Shown here: piece by piece, positions 1 to 8,486 of the stretch
How positions within the stretch are numbered: position 1 is the stretch's first letter
How the letters are laid out: the number at the start of each line of letters is the position of its first letter
Source: Kiloniellaceae bacterium
GTDB lineage: Bacteria > Pseudomonadota > Alphaproteobacteria > Kiloniellales > Kiloniellaceae
NCBI GenBank assembly: GCA_009377535.1
Contig: WHTV01000007.1
Location: 1,891-65,890 of the forward strand
DNA length: 64,000 nucleotides
Direction of reading: 5' to 3'
Translations under genes and position numbers: made by a program
Notes under the pieces: model-generated
The model's database searches: none
What the model saw: the letters and a program-made list of their open reading frames with translations, nothing else
What the model was told of the DNA's origin: nothing

Positions 1-1
1 A

Positions 2-406
2 ACTGGCCGCCGCGGCCAGGACCTCGGCAGCCTGGTGGCCGACGACTCCTCCGCGCTCGAAGGCTGCCTCGGTGAAATGCTGAGGGCGCAGGGCGTGCCC
101 CAGGATCTGGTCTCGCAGGTCGTCGAGCAGCTGCGGTTCGATACCCTGGCGGCTCAGGGTTTAGTGCTCGCCCGACAGGCCGACCAGCGGGAGATCGATC
201 CGGAGATCGCGCCCCACATCGACCAGACTTTCAAGAAGGACACGACCTGCGAAGCGCAGCGCGTTCTCCTGAAGGCTTGGCGCATCCGCCGGGTCGCTGA
301 GCCGAAGAACGGCGACGCCCCGGAGACCGCCTATGCCGAGAAGATCTACAAGATCCGCCGGATCCTGGAGCAGATCAACCGCTCCGGCGTGGAATGCTTT
401 ACCTGA
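2..406 (+). CDS. hypothetical protein, 5'-truncated by the window edge
   Basis: Frame is open from base 2 to TGA at 404-406 with high-GC codon usage; no recognisable motif. Confidence 0.5.
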   Translation, partial: TGRRGQDLGSLVADDSSALEGCLGEMLRAQGVPQDLVSQVVEQLRFDTLAAQGLVLARQADQREIDPEIAPHIDQTFKKDTTCEAQRVLLKAWRIRRVAEPKNGDAPETAYAEKIYKIRRILEQINRSGVECFT

Positions 407-455
407 CCCGGAGGGCCCGCCGAAGAGGCCCCGCAATCACTGGGTGGAGACTGCA

Positions 456-848
456 ATGAGCAAGTTCTGGATGGCACTGCCGATCGCCGCGATAATGATC
501 GCCGTGATCGGGAACGACAATGAGCTGCTGGCCCAGACCGCCCGCATCCCGCCGCCGTGACCGGACGACAGCGACCTCTCCGCGCGCTACCTCGTCCAGG
601 GGGTCCGGTAGAGGCCGATCCCGGTCCTCGGCCGTGGCCATTGGGCCCGGAAGGCGGCCGGCAAGAAGGACGAGCGGCCGCCGCGCCTTGCCGTCACCGA
701 TTCTGGCGAACCGATTGTCATCCGTGGGAACCGGCTGCCCGGCCTGCCCGAGGCGGGTCAGGGAAGCGCAGCAACGTGCCAGGGAAAGGGAGGGCCGGCC
801 GAAGAAGCGCCTTCCACTCCATCGCCGAAGGGATTTCATCCAGCATAA
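456..848 (+). pseudogene. possible degraded exported-protein gene
   Basis: GGAG SD, then ATG 456 and signal-peptide-like MSKFWMALPIAAIMIAVIG; frame continues through in-frame stops TGA 558-560 and TAG 609-611 to TAA 846-848. Confidence 0.25.
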
Positions 849-1079
849 CGATGGCAGCCCGTCCTAATCCGGCTTGACTACTGCGCCACACGCAGAGGAG
901 GACTACTCGATCTTTCAATACTATCTTGATCAGAGCGGACTGCCTCTAACGCTGCTCTGGTGCAGCGAGTACAAAGGGGACTTTGCGCGGGTCTGCAGGG
1001 ATGCGCGCGAGAGGGCAAAAGCCGATTCTCGTCAACGCAAGCGAACGGCTTTGGGCCGTCCAGACAGGGGAGCTTCGGT

Positions 1080-2183
1080 CTAGTCCAGATTCAGCAGGTA
1101 GGCGGTGGAGCGGCCACCTGCCTCGCTCGGGCGCAGGGCGCCCAGCTCAATCAGCTCGTTGATGTCGCGTTGTGCGGTCGGTTGCGAGCACTTGCCGAGA
1201 GCAGCCCATTTCCTGGTCGTGATTTTGCCTTCGAAGCCATCGAGGAGGCGGTTCAGCACCTTGGTCTGGCGCTCGGAAAGGGCCTTGCCCTGCAAGTTCT
1301 GCCAGAAGCGCTGCTTGGCGAGGACCTGCTCGATCGTGGCCTCTGCTTCATCGATGGCTGCAACGAAACACTCGAGGTACCAGACGAGCCAGTCGGTGAT
1401 TTCGAGATCGTTCGACTGAGTACTTTCGAGGATCTCGTAATAGGCCTTTCGTTTGTTGCGGATGGCGCTCGACATGGAATAGAAGCGATGCGGGCTCGCT
1501 TCGGCCTGGGCCAGCGCCATGTCGGCCATGGCACGCGCCATGCGGCCGTTGCCATCATCGGTCGGATGGATGGTCACGTAATAGAGGTGCGCAATACCCG
1601 AGCGCAGGATGCCGTCAAGCCCGGCTGGCGGGGCGTTGAACCAGGCGAGGAAGCGATCCATTTCTGCGGGCAAGCGCTCGGCGGGCGGCGCCTCGTAATG
1701 CACCTTCTCGCGGCCCAGGGCGCCGGAGACCACCTGCATAGGGCCCTCTTTGTCCAGTCGCCAGCCTGCGACGGTGATTTTATGCATGCCGGAATAGCCG
1801 GTCGGGAAGAGAGCGACATGCCAGCCGAAGAGACGCTCGGCCGTCAGCGGCTGGTCATAGTTGTGCGTGGCATCGATCAGCATGTCGACGAGGCCTTCGA
1901 TCCGGCGGTCGTCCTTGCTGGCGCCGGCATAGGGAATACCAAGCCGGCGAGCGATGGAGGAGCGCACCGAATCTTCGTCGAGGTGTTCGCCTTCGATTTC
2001 CGATGTGCGCAGAGCATCCTGACTCAGGGTGCGCAGGCGCGCCTCGTCAGAGAGTGGCCGGATGACATTTCTCATCTGTCCAAGCACCTGGCCCTGGCGG
2101 CGGGCAGCCTCGGCCAGGTGGTCCAGGAGCCGGGCCCGGTCCCAGGTGAAATTCGGCCAGTTGTCGTGTTGCCAGATATACAA
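1080..2183 (-). CDS. Fic family protein (DUF4172 N-terminus, Fic domain, C-terminal wHTH)
   Basis: MYIWQHDNWPNFTWD N-terminus; Fic motif variant HPTDDGNGRMAR; C-terminal KCSQPTAQRDINEL HTH; TTG start with GAGGAG SD. Confidence 0.9.
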   Translation of the reverse strand: MYIWQHDNWPNFTWDRARLLDHLAEAARRQGQVLGQMRNVIRPLSDEARLRTLSQDALRTSEIEGEHLDEDSVRSSIARRLGIPYAGASKDDRRIEGLVDMLIDATHNYDQPLTAERLFGWHVALFPTGYSGMHKITVAGWRLDKEGPMQVVSGALGREKVHYEAPPAERLPAEMDRFLAWFNAPPAGLDGILRSGIAHLYYVTIHPTDDGNGRMARAMADMALAQAEASPHRFYSMSSAIRNKRKAYYEILESTQSNDLEITDWLVWYLECFVAAIDEAEATIEQVLAKQRFWQNLQGKALSERQTKVLNRLLDGFEGKITTRKWAALGKCSQPTAQRDINELIELGALRPSEAGGRSTAYLLNLD

Positions 2184-2190
2184 GGTTTGG

Positions 2191-2231
2191 TCTCCTCAGG
2201 GATGAGGAGAATCCTGACGATTTTCTCCTCA
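2191..2231 (-). promoter_or_regulatory. three TGAGGAGA/TCTCCTCA boxes upstream of the fic gene (operator or SD-sequestering hairpins)
   Basis: TCTCCTCA 2191-2198, TGAGGAGA 2203-2210, TCTCCTCA 2224-2231; the first is the SD of the fic gene. Confidence 0.5.
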
Positions 2232-2360
2232 CTTTCTGAAGAGAATATAGCGCATCCTGATGAGATTGGCAAACCACTCTAATCAAAAAATGATCAGAAT
2301 AAGGCCCTCAATCTCTTCACGCGCGCGCCTCCCTGCCTCCTGACGGCCGCCCTTCGCCTT

Positions 2361-2561
2361 ATGACAGGAAAAACCGGGGTCTTTGAGGACGCGGGGGCGC
2401 TGGCCGATCAGCTGCCGGCCGCGGCCGGCGAGCGCGGACCGCAGGCGCCGGCAACCCTGGCCGCGCGGCGTCCCTGGCCGACGGCCTGGATCGAGGCGCT
2501 GGCGGGCTTCTTCCGCGAGCCGCGCACGCCGCAGGCGCGCGCAGCGCCCGAGCCCCGTTGA
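2361..2561 (+). CDS. hypothetical small protein
   Basis: 66-aa ORF with host-like codon usage; no motif. Confidence 0.25.
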   Translation: MTGKTGVFEDAGALADQLPAAAGERGPQAPATLAARRPWPTAWIEALAGFFREPRTPQARAAPEPR

Positions 2562-2742
2562 CTCACCACTACCTGGCCCTTCGCCGAGGGCGAACCGCAC
2601 CCTCGGGAGCGCTCAAACCTAAGGTGCCAAGTCTTGCATGCGAACATATCCGGTCCAAGGTGGCCGAAAGTTGGACGGTCCGGCAGATCAGCGGATAAAT
2701 CGTCCAACTCGTTCTTCTTTTGTCCCTGGAGGAAATACGCGC

Positions 2743-2755
2743 TAAACACTTGATT
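2743..2755 (-). promoter_or_regulatory. IHF-consensus site
   Basis: Minus strand reads AATCAAGTGTTTA, an exact WATCAANNNNTTR match, 5 bp outside the att duplication. Confidence 0.5.
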
Positions 2756-2760
2756 TCAAA

Positions 2761-2817
2761 TGGTGCCCCTGGCCTGACTCGAACAGGCACGCCCTTGCGG
2801 GCAACAGATTTTGAGTC
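2761..2817 (-). repeat. att site: displaced 57-bp copy of the tRNA-Leu 3' half
   Basis: Matches 12864-12920 at 55/57 positions, from the anticodon arm to CCA. Confidence 0.95.
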
Positions 2818-2894
2818 AGTAGAAATACGTTTCTAGGTATTTCGCCCGTTTTCGCTGATGCTCCATTTTCCCATATAATTCAGGGATATATGCG

Positions 2895-2923
2895 TTGCAT
2901 ACCGCGAATGGGATTCGTAGACT
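2895..2923 (+). promoter_or_regulatory. putative sigma70 promoter of the integrase
   Basis: TTGCAT (2895-2900), 17 bp, TAGACT (2918-2923); the spacer holds a CGAAT-ggg-ATTCG palindrome. Confidence 0.45.
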
Positions 2924-2945
2924 TTCGCCCTGATTCGCTGTTTCG

Positions 2946-2967
2946 TGCTTACCTATTGCTTACCCGG
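2946..2967 (+). repeat. integrase arm-type site (TGCTTACC tandem), left arm
   Basis: TGCTTACCTATTGCTTACCCGG, identical to 12787-12808. Confidence 0.7.
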
Positions 2968-2986
2968 ACCGGAGTAACGTCCTCAA

Positions 2987-4192
2987 ATGAGACTTAGCCT
3001 AACCCGCATTAATGCCCTTTCCGCTGGCGCCAAGGAGTTTATCGAGTGGGATGACGAACTGCCCGGCTTTGGCGTTCGCGTGAAGCCCAGTGGGGTCAAG
3101 AGCTACGTTCTCCAATACCGGAATGCCGATGGGCTGTCCCGGCGCAAGACCATCGGCCGACATGGCGTCCAGACGGTCGAGGAAGCGCGCAAGGCCGCGA
3201 GAAAACTCAAGGCAGCGGTGGAACAAGGCGAGGACCCGGCCGCCGATTCCCGAGCGCGAAGGAATGCCCCCACTGTGGAGGCCCTGTGCGAGAGGTATTA
3301 CGAAGAGCACGCCAAGGTCCACAAGAAGCCCCGCAGCGCGAAGGAGGACCGCCGGCTTATCGACAAGCGGATCAAGCCGGCGATCGGCACCATGAAGGCT
3401 GCAGCGGTCACCCAGAATGACGTTACGAAGCTTCATCTGGCTTTGCGGAAGACGCCCTACGAGGCCAACCGCGTACTGGCCCTCCTCTCGAAGATGTTCA
3501 AGCTGGCGGAGGTATGGGGAATGCGCCCGATGGGCTCCAATCCCGTCTTGCACGTGCAGCGTTATCCGGAAAGAAAACGCGAAGGCTGCCTTGACCCAGA
3601 AGAGGTTGGCCGGCTTGACGCGGTGCTCAGCAAGGCGGAGCAGACCCGCGAGATTCACCCCACCTTGATCGCTGGCATCCGGCTCTTGTTCTATACCGGT
3701 TGCCGTCTGTCCGAGTTGGTTTCGATTCGGTGGGCCTGGGTCGATTTGTCGGCCGCTTCAGTCCGTCTGCCGGACAGCAAGACCGGCCCCAAAACAGTTC
3801 ATCTTGGAAATGAGGCGCTGCCCATCCTCACAAATCTTCCCAGGCAATCGGACTACGTTTTGCCGGCAATCAAGAACCCTGAGGCACCTCTGAGCGGCGC
3901 TACACTCGATCATGCTTGGCGGCGAGTCCGTAGCAAGGCAGGCCTTCAGGGTTACCGCCTCCACGATCTGCGCCATACCTTCGCATCCTGGGGAGTCAAC
4001 GGCGGCGAGAGCCTGCCCATTATCGGCGCGTTGCTCGGTCACCGCGAAATGCAGACTACTCAGCGCTATGCCCACCTTTCGCAATCGCCCCTCAAGAAGG
4101 CCGCAGATGACATCAACGCCCGCATGCGGGCGGCGATTGAAGCTGCGGAGAATCGTCAAAAGGCGGCGACAATAGCCCCAGCAATTGACTGA
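2987..4192 (+). CDS. tyrosine recombinase/integrase with N-terminal arm-binding domain
   Basis: FGVRVKPSGVKSY arm-binding domain; catalytic GCRLSE, HDLRHTFAS, LLGH, QRY. Confidence 0.97.
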   Translation: MRLSLTRINALSAGAKEFIEWDDELPGFGVRVKPSGVKSYVLQYRNADGLSRRKTIGRHGVQTVEEARKAARKLKAAVEQGEDPAADSRARRNAPTVEALCERYYEEHAKVHKKPRSAKEDRRLIDKRIKPAIGTMKAAAVTQNDVTKLHLALRKTPYEANRVLALLSKMFKLAEVWGMRPMGSNPVLHVQRYPERKREGCLDPEEVGRLDAVLSKAEQTREIHPTLIAGIRLLFYTGCRLSELVSIRWAWVDLSAASVRLPDSKTGPKTVHLGNEALPILTNLPRQSDYVLPAIKNPEAPLSGATLDHAWRRVRSKAGLQGYRLHDLRHTFASWGVNGGESLPIIGALLGHREMQTTQRYAHLSQSPLKKAADDINARMRAAIEAAENRQKAATIAPAID

Positions 4193-4374
4193 AGGTGGGC
4201 CGAGTTGAGGGCAAGACGTCCGGCTGCACCTGGTTTCTGGCTATATCCGCGCCCAAACCGGAAAGCGGTCGTCTGCTATCATCCAAACGCGAATCGCTGT
4301 TTGCCTAAGTCGTCGGGCACGCGCGCCCACAATGCTCAAGTACTCGTTGGCCAGAGTGAAGCGGCACTTTGCAT

Positions 4375-7300
4375 TCAATTCGTTTCCTCTGCTATGGCCC
4401 TAAGTTTAACGACGTATTCTGCCCCAAGCGGCGCTCCAACTGCTTCCGAAGTTGCGAGGAGAAGCTTTGCGATAAAATTTTGATCATCATTGGGCATCGC
4501 CAAAACTGCGTTGATGGCGGGCACGGTCTCACGTGGCCGGGAAAGACGAAAAGACTCTTTGGTAATTATTCTCTTCCATCCTGCCCGCTGCCACCTGGCG
4601 AGATAGGACGTCAGAAGGCGCTTGAAGTGGGAATAGTTGATCCGTTCGAAGAAGCGCAGTCCGATCACCCAGAATTCGTACGGTTCTATGTGCTGTTTCC
4701 CAAGAGTCCTTTTGATAATCTCAACAATTAATTGGTCGAGTTGGCCGAGAGGAGATGGCCTTCCGTGCCAATGACTAAAGACTGCCGCGCTGAGCTGCGC
4801 GGATTCCATTTCGCTGCCGAAAGCGGTTTCGAGATCGGCCATAGCCTCTGGACGGCCGGCCAGAACAGCTCGAATTCCAAAAGCAAGAATGGCATCAGTT
4901 ACCACTTGTTCGACCGCAGGATCGATAGGCGCTCCCTTTTCTAGCGCAGGCACCTGCCCTCTTTCGGGAGACAGCGGATCAAAGCGCGTCTTCAGCCGTT
5001 CCGCATTCTTGGAAATGTGTGCTGCACTCTCGACATACTTAATGAAGTGGGTCGGAAACCGATCGGAATCTAAGCTTTCAATATCCGCTTGCAAAACCCT
5101 TGAGCGAAGCTCGAATTCCATAATAGGAATTGGGCCGTGCAACAGTTGACCGCTGAGACCCCTCGCAATCCCCTCATCGAGGCCTGATCCCGCTTCGGTT
5201 ATTGCCAACAAGTACCAACTCAGATCAATGGGGCCGAGCGGCAGTTCCCGAATAGCTGGCAAGGGATCAGGATTACTGCAGGTCCCAGGCTGCATCGTAA
5301 TCGGATCCCCACCAATTTTAACGTCTATCCCTTCGATGCGCGACTGCGCCCATAGCACAGCATGACGAATGACGCGGTGGCAGTAGGCAGCGCGCAGTGT
5401 TGTGTCTGCATCGACAGCCGCCAAGGCCTCTAGGGCTTCCGCAAGCCCTCTCAACGCTCGGCCCACGCCCCCTGCCTCTAGGGCAGCCACCGCAGCATCC
5501 GCACGAAGTCCGACCGTCATAACACGCATGTCATCAGTTTCGGCGAGGCTGCCCGCGCTGTGCGCTTCGAGAAACCATTTCTCGGCTTGCGGCCACTCGT
5601 CACATTTTGCTGCACTAATTGCCGCCTCTCGCAACGCAAAAGCGCGTTCAATCGGGTTGTCGTGACCAAGTTGATCGGCTATCCCGCGAAGAATCCCAAG
5701 CGCCATCTCGTGCTGATCGTGCCGCCAATATACCTTGGCACGAGCGCGAGAAAGGATCGGGTCATCCCCTAGAACCGCCTTTGCATCATCAAGAATCGCC
5801 AGCGCCCCTTTCGCATCATCTAGATATTCATCATGCATGACTGCTCGCGCCACCCAGCATTGCACGGTGAGGGGGCGAATGCCCCAATCGCCCGTCTTCT
5901 TCGCCATGCGCTGATAGCGGACCGCGGCATCCGACGCATCTAAGTCCCCCCTACGCTCCTGCGAGACCCACGGCCCGTTGATCGATAGGGAATAGTCGGA
6001 GAAACTCTTGTCGATAGGTGTTAGCCAGATCGGCCGCTCGCTTGCATCGAGTTTATCGAGTTCGTCAATGATGTATTCCAACCGATCGACGGAAGCGAGA
6101 CCAGCACTGCCTATGCCAAACAGCGCACCGTAGAACTCCATGCGATTCCCGTCAGGCGAACTTTCGATATTGGCTTTTAGACCACTCAGGAATTGTTCAG
6201 CTTCGACCATGCTCCTAAAGCGACGAAGAAGGTTGATCCAGCCATCAAGGTAATTTGCAACACCCATCGTGCCGAGGATGGCCATAAGCGCCATTGATTC
6301 TGAGCCATTCTTCAACTCGCCCGGTGGCAAACTGCTTATCTCATTAAGCAGCGCCGCCACAACCTCGGCCGCCCTTTCCCCTTCACCCGCCGCGGCAACC
6401 ACCTTAAATTGCGCGGTCCTAAGAAATATCGAGGCGGCAAGGTTTTCTGGGAAGATCGGAGCATCAGTCCGGAAGTGGTGAAGAAGGATTAGCTGCTCAG
6501 CAAGAAGCTCAATTGTGCGAACTCCTGCTGTCAACACAGCTTGAGCGACCATGGTCAAACAGTATGGCGATTTTCCGGCGATCGCGTGCATCAGTATTGC
6601 ATCGATGTCTACAGCATCAATCCCGCTCTTCCTAAGCATCTGGAGCGCGATTTGTTCGTGGATACGTGTCTGCTCATCGGCGACCAGCACTTCACGCCCG
6701 CACCCGCTAGCCAGCGGTGAGACGCGGTAAAGATCCCTACCGATTGCTTCAATCCACGGACCAACAAGTTGATCCAAGGATTCGCCCGGGCGGGATAACT
6801 GCGGCGACAATGCACCAATTACAATCGCGAGTGACCGATTGAAGCGCCCAATGGCAATGCTTAATCGGTAGAGGAGAGTCCGCGTTTCATCTGGGAGCGC
6901 GGCGATCAAGTCTCGTCGCGCTTCATCGCGGGCTGTGTCGATGTCATCGGAAGTTATGCCGCGCCCGATTACATCACCGATCTTCTCGTCTGGCCACCCG
7001 CGCGCAGCCATCCCACTTGCAAAGGCATGCGTAAGTTGGGGGTGACCACATGCACCTGCCAAGTAGGCGAGCCGCCCCCATTTGTTGGGGTCCCCCCCAT
7101 AGATGCTAACAAGCGCGTGAGCTTCTTCTTCCGTAAAGTAAGGGCAATCGACTACGCATCGATGATCGAGCCCAATGGCCGACAATGCCTTTGAGGATGG
7201 GGGCCGATAACACGTTACAAGCGCTACACAGTCCCGACGGCGCAATGCCTCCATCACTCGACTGAGCGACAACGCAACTCCCGGATCGTCAAGTTGATTT

Positions 7301-8469
7301 AAATCTTCAAGGATAAATACCGTATATTTGATCCCGCCTATTCGGGCGAATAAGGCATCAAGGCGGCTTCGTGCTTCAGCAGCCTTGGCATCCCGAAAGT
7401 CCGCTATGACAAACGCGCCAGCGAGCGCGCGGGCCACCGCCCGCGAAACGCTTGACTTTCCAAGTCCGCTGCCACCTACGATAACGCCAGCACCAAATTG
7501 CAGGAGAGCGTCAGCCGCCGACGACTCGACGGCACTTCGGGGTACTACCGCTTTCGGGGCGGGAAGCGTGTCGCTCCTGATGAGCCAGCCAATCTCATCG
7601 CCGGGAAGAATATTGCCGATGCCTGTGGCGCCGGCAAGCGGTCTAACTAATCCTGATGCGAGTTGCCCAAGTGCCTCGACCATGGCACGCGGCATCATGA
7701 GACTGGTTGCCGCATCTATTGCTTCGTAGAGTTCGGCGCGCGTAAGAACGCGATCCCGGGGCGTTCTGATTACGCTTTTTTTCAACACCCTATAAACCAA
7801 TACATCGGCAATCCGCCGCGCCTCTGGAGCGGGAACATTGAATTTGTCTCGGCCTACGACGATTAGATGCTGTTCCAGCTCTTCGCGAAGTGTTGAAAAA
7901 TCGGGCTTACCACAAGCCCAATGTATCTTCATGAGGAGGTCGTGGCGGAGCGCATCGTCATTTCGAGCCTTGACGAACTCTCGTACCGCTTCGGGGAACT
8001 TCTCACTTTCCAACACTGCGCGGATTGGCGCAGCGTCCGCTCCAGCGGCCGCTTTCCGCCAATATTCCAACCCGGCCATCCCTGACAGGCGGTCAGCGGT
8101 CGCTTTCTCAATCGCTATTTCAGATGTGGTGAAGTACCGAAGCTCAACCCGGAGGCCAGGATTACGCTCGACAAGGTCGACAAACGCGGTGACCGCATCG
8201 CGGATGCTCCCGCTATTCAAGGTAACTGATCCAGACCTTTCTGTGTCCTTAACTTGAACGGCGTTGAGCACGCCTTCGGCTACAGTCGCATAGTCTTCGG
8301 CGACCTCCAGAAAGAGACGTCCCTTGTCGTCTAGATCGAGCCATGCAAGGGCCGCAGCCACAACCTGATACGAATACCCTCTTAGCGAATCGATCGCCTG
8401 GCGAGCAGCATCGCCCTCGGGGAAAGGTTCCGGAGTACTACCTGAGGTAAAGAGATCATCGATTGTCAT
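4375..8469 (-). CDS. Cap4/DUF4297-like nuclease - STAND NTPase - helical/TPR repeat protein (Avs-like candidate defence protein)
   Basis: N-terminal RGYSYQ...EVAED...QVK nuclease signature; Walker A GGSGLGKS (~aa 331); Walker B VFILED; STAND GxP motif GHP (~aa 474); long Ala/Leu-rich helical C-terminus. Confidence 0.75.
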   Translation of the reverse strand: MTIDDLFTSGSTPEPFPEGDAARQAIDSLRGYSYQVVAAALAWLDLDDKGRLFLEVAEDYATVAEGVLNAVQVKDTERSGSVTLNSGSIRDAVTAFVDLVERNPGLRVELRYFTTSEIAIEKATADRLSGMAGLEYWRKAAAGADAAPIRAVLESEKFPEAVREFVKARNDDALRHDLLMKIHWACGKPDFSTLREELEQHLIVVGRDKFNVPAPEARRIADVLVYRVLKKSVIRTPRDRVLTRAELYEAIDAATSLMMPRAMVEALGQLASGLVRPLAGATGIGNILPGDEIGWLIRSDTLPAPKAVVPRSAVESSAADALLQFGAGVIVGGSGLGKSSVSRAVARALAGAFVIADFRDAKAAEARSRLDALFARIGGIKYTVFILEDLNQLDDPGVALSLSRVMEALRRRDCVALVTCYRPPSSKALSAIGLDHRCVVDCPYFTEEEAHALVSIYGGDPNKWGRLAYLAGACGHPQLTHAFASGMAARGWPDEKIGDVIGRGITSDDIDTARDEARRDLIAALPDETRTLLYRLSIAIGRFNRSLAIVIGALSPQLSRPGESLDQLVGPWIEAIGRDLYRVSPLASGCGREVLVADEQTRIHEQIALQMLRKSGIDAVDIDAILMHAIAGKSPYCLTMVAQAVLTAGVRTIELLAEQLILLHHFRTDAPIFPENLAASIFLRTAQFKVVAAAGEGERAAEVVAALLNEISSLPPGELKNGSESMALMAILGTMGVANYLDGWINLLRRFRSMVEAEQFLSGLKANIESSPDGNRMEFYGALFGIGSAGLASVDRLEYIIDELDKLDASERPIWLTPIDKSFSDYSLSINGPWVSQERRGDLDASDAAVRYQRMAKKTGDWGIRPLTVQCWVARAVMHDEYLDDAKGALAILDDAKAVLGDDPILSRARAKVYWRHDQHEMALGILRGIADQLGHDNPIERAFALREAAISAAKCDEWPQAEKWFLEAHSAGSLAETDDMRVMTVGLRADAAVAALEAGGVGRALRGLAEALEALAAVDADTTLRAAYCHRVIRHAVLWAQSRIEGIDVKIGGDPITMQPGTCSNPDPLPAIRELPLGPIDLSWYLLAITEAGSGLDEGIARGLSGQLLHGPIPIMEFELRSRVLQADIESLDSDRFPTHFIKYVESAAHISKNAERLKTRFDPLSPERGQVPALEKGAPIDPAVEQVVTDAILAFGIRAVLAGRPEAMADLETAFGSEMESAQLSAAVFSHWHGRPSPLGQLDQLIVEIIKRTLGKQHIEPYEFWVIGLRFFERINYSHFKRLLTSYLARWQRAGWKRIITKESFRLSRPRETVPAINAVLAMPNDDQNFIAKLLLATSEAVGAPLGAEYVVKLRAIAEETN

Positions 8470-8486
8470 TTGTACCTAGAGTGCCA

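Noticed and set aside
558-611. Selenocysteine/pyrrolysine readthrough of the TGA and TAG stops
   Set aside because: No SECIS-like hairpin or redox motif is evident, and two different stops are more simply explained by decay.
874-1083. 69-aa ORF convergent with fic
   Set aside because: TTG start without a clear SD and no recognisable motif; not supportable as a gene.
4205-4300. GACGTCCGG...GGAAAGCGGTCGTC segment after the cargo gene as a possible cassette recombination site
   Set aside because: Single degenerate copy with no clear attC-like structure; cannot be supported from this window.
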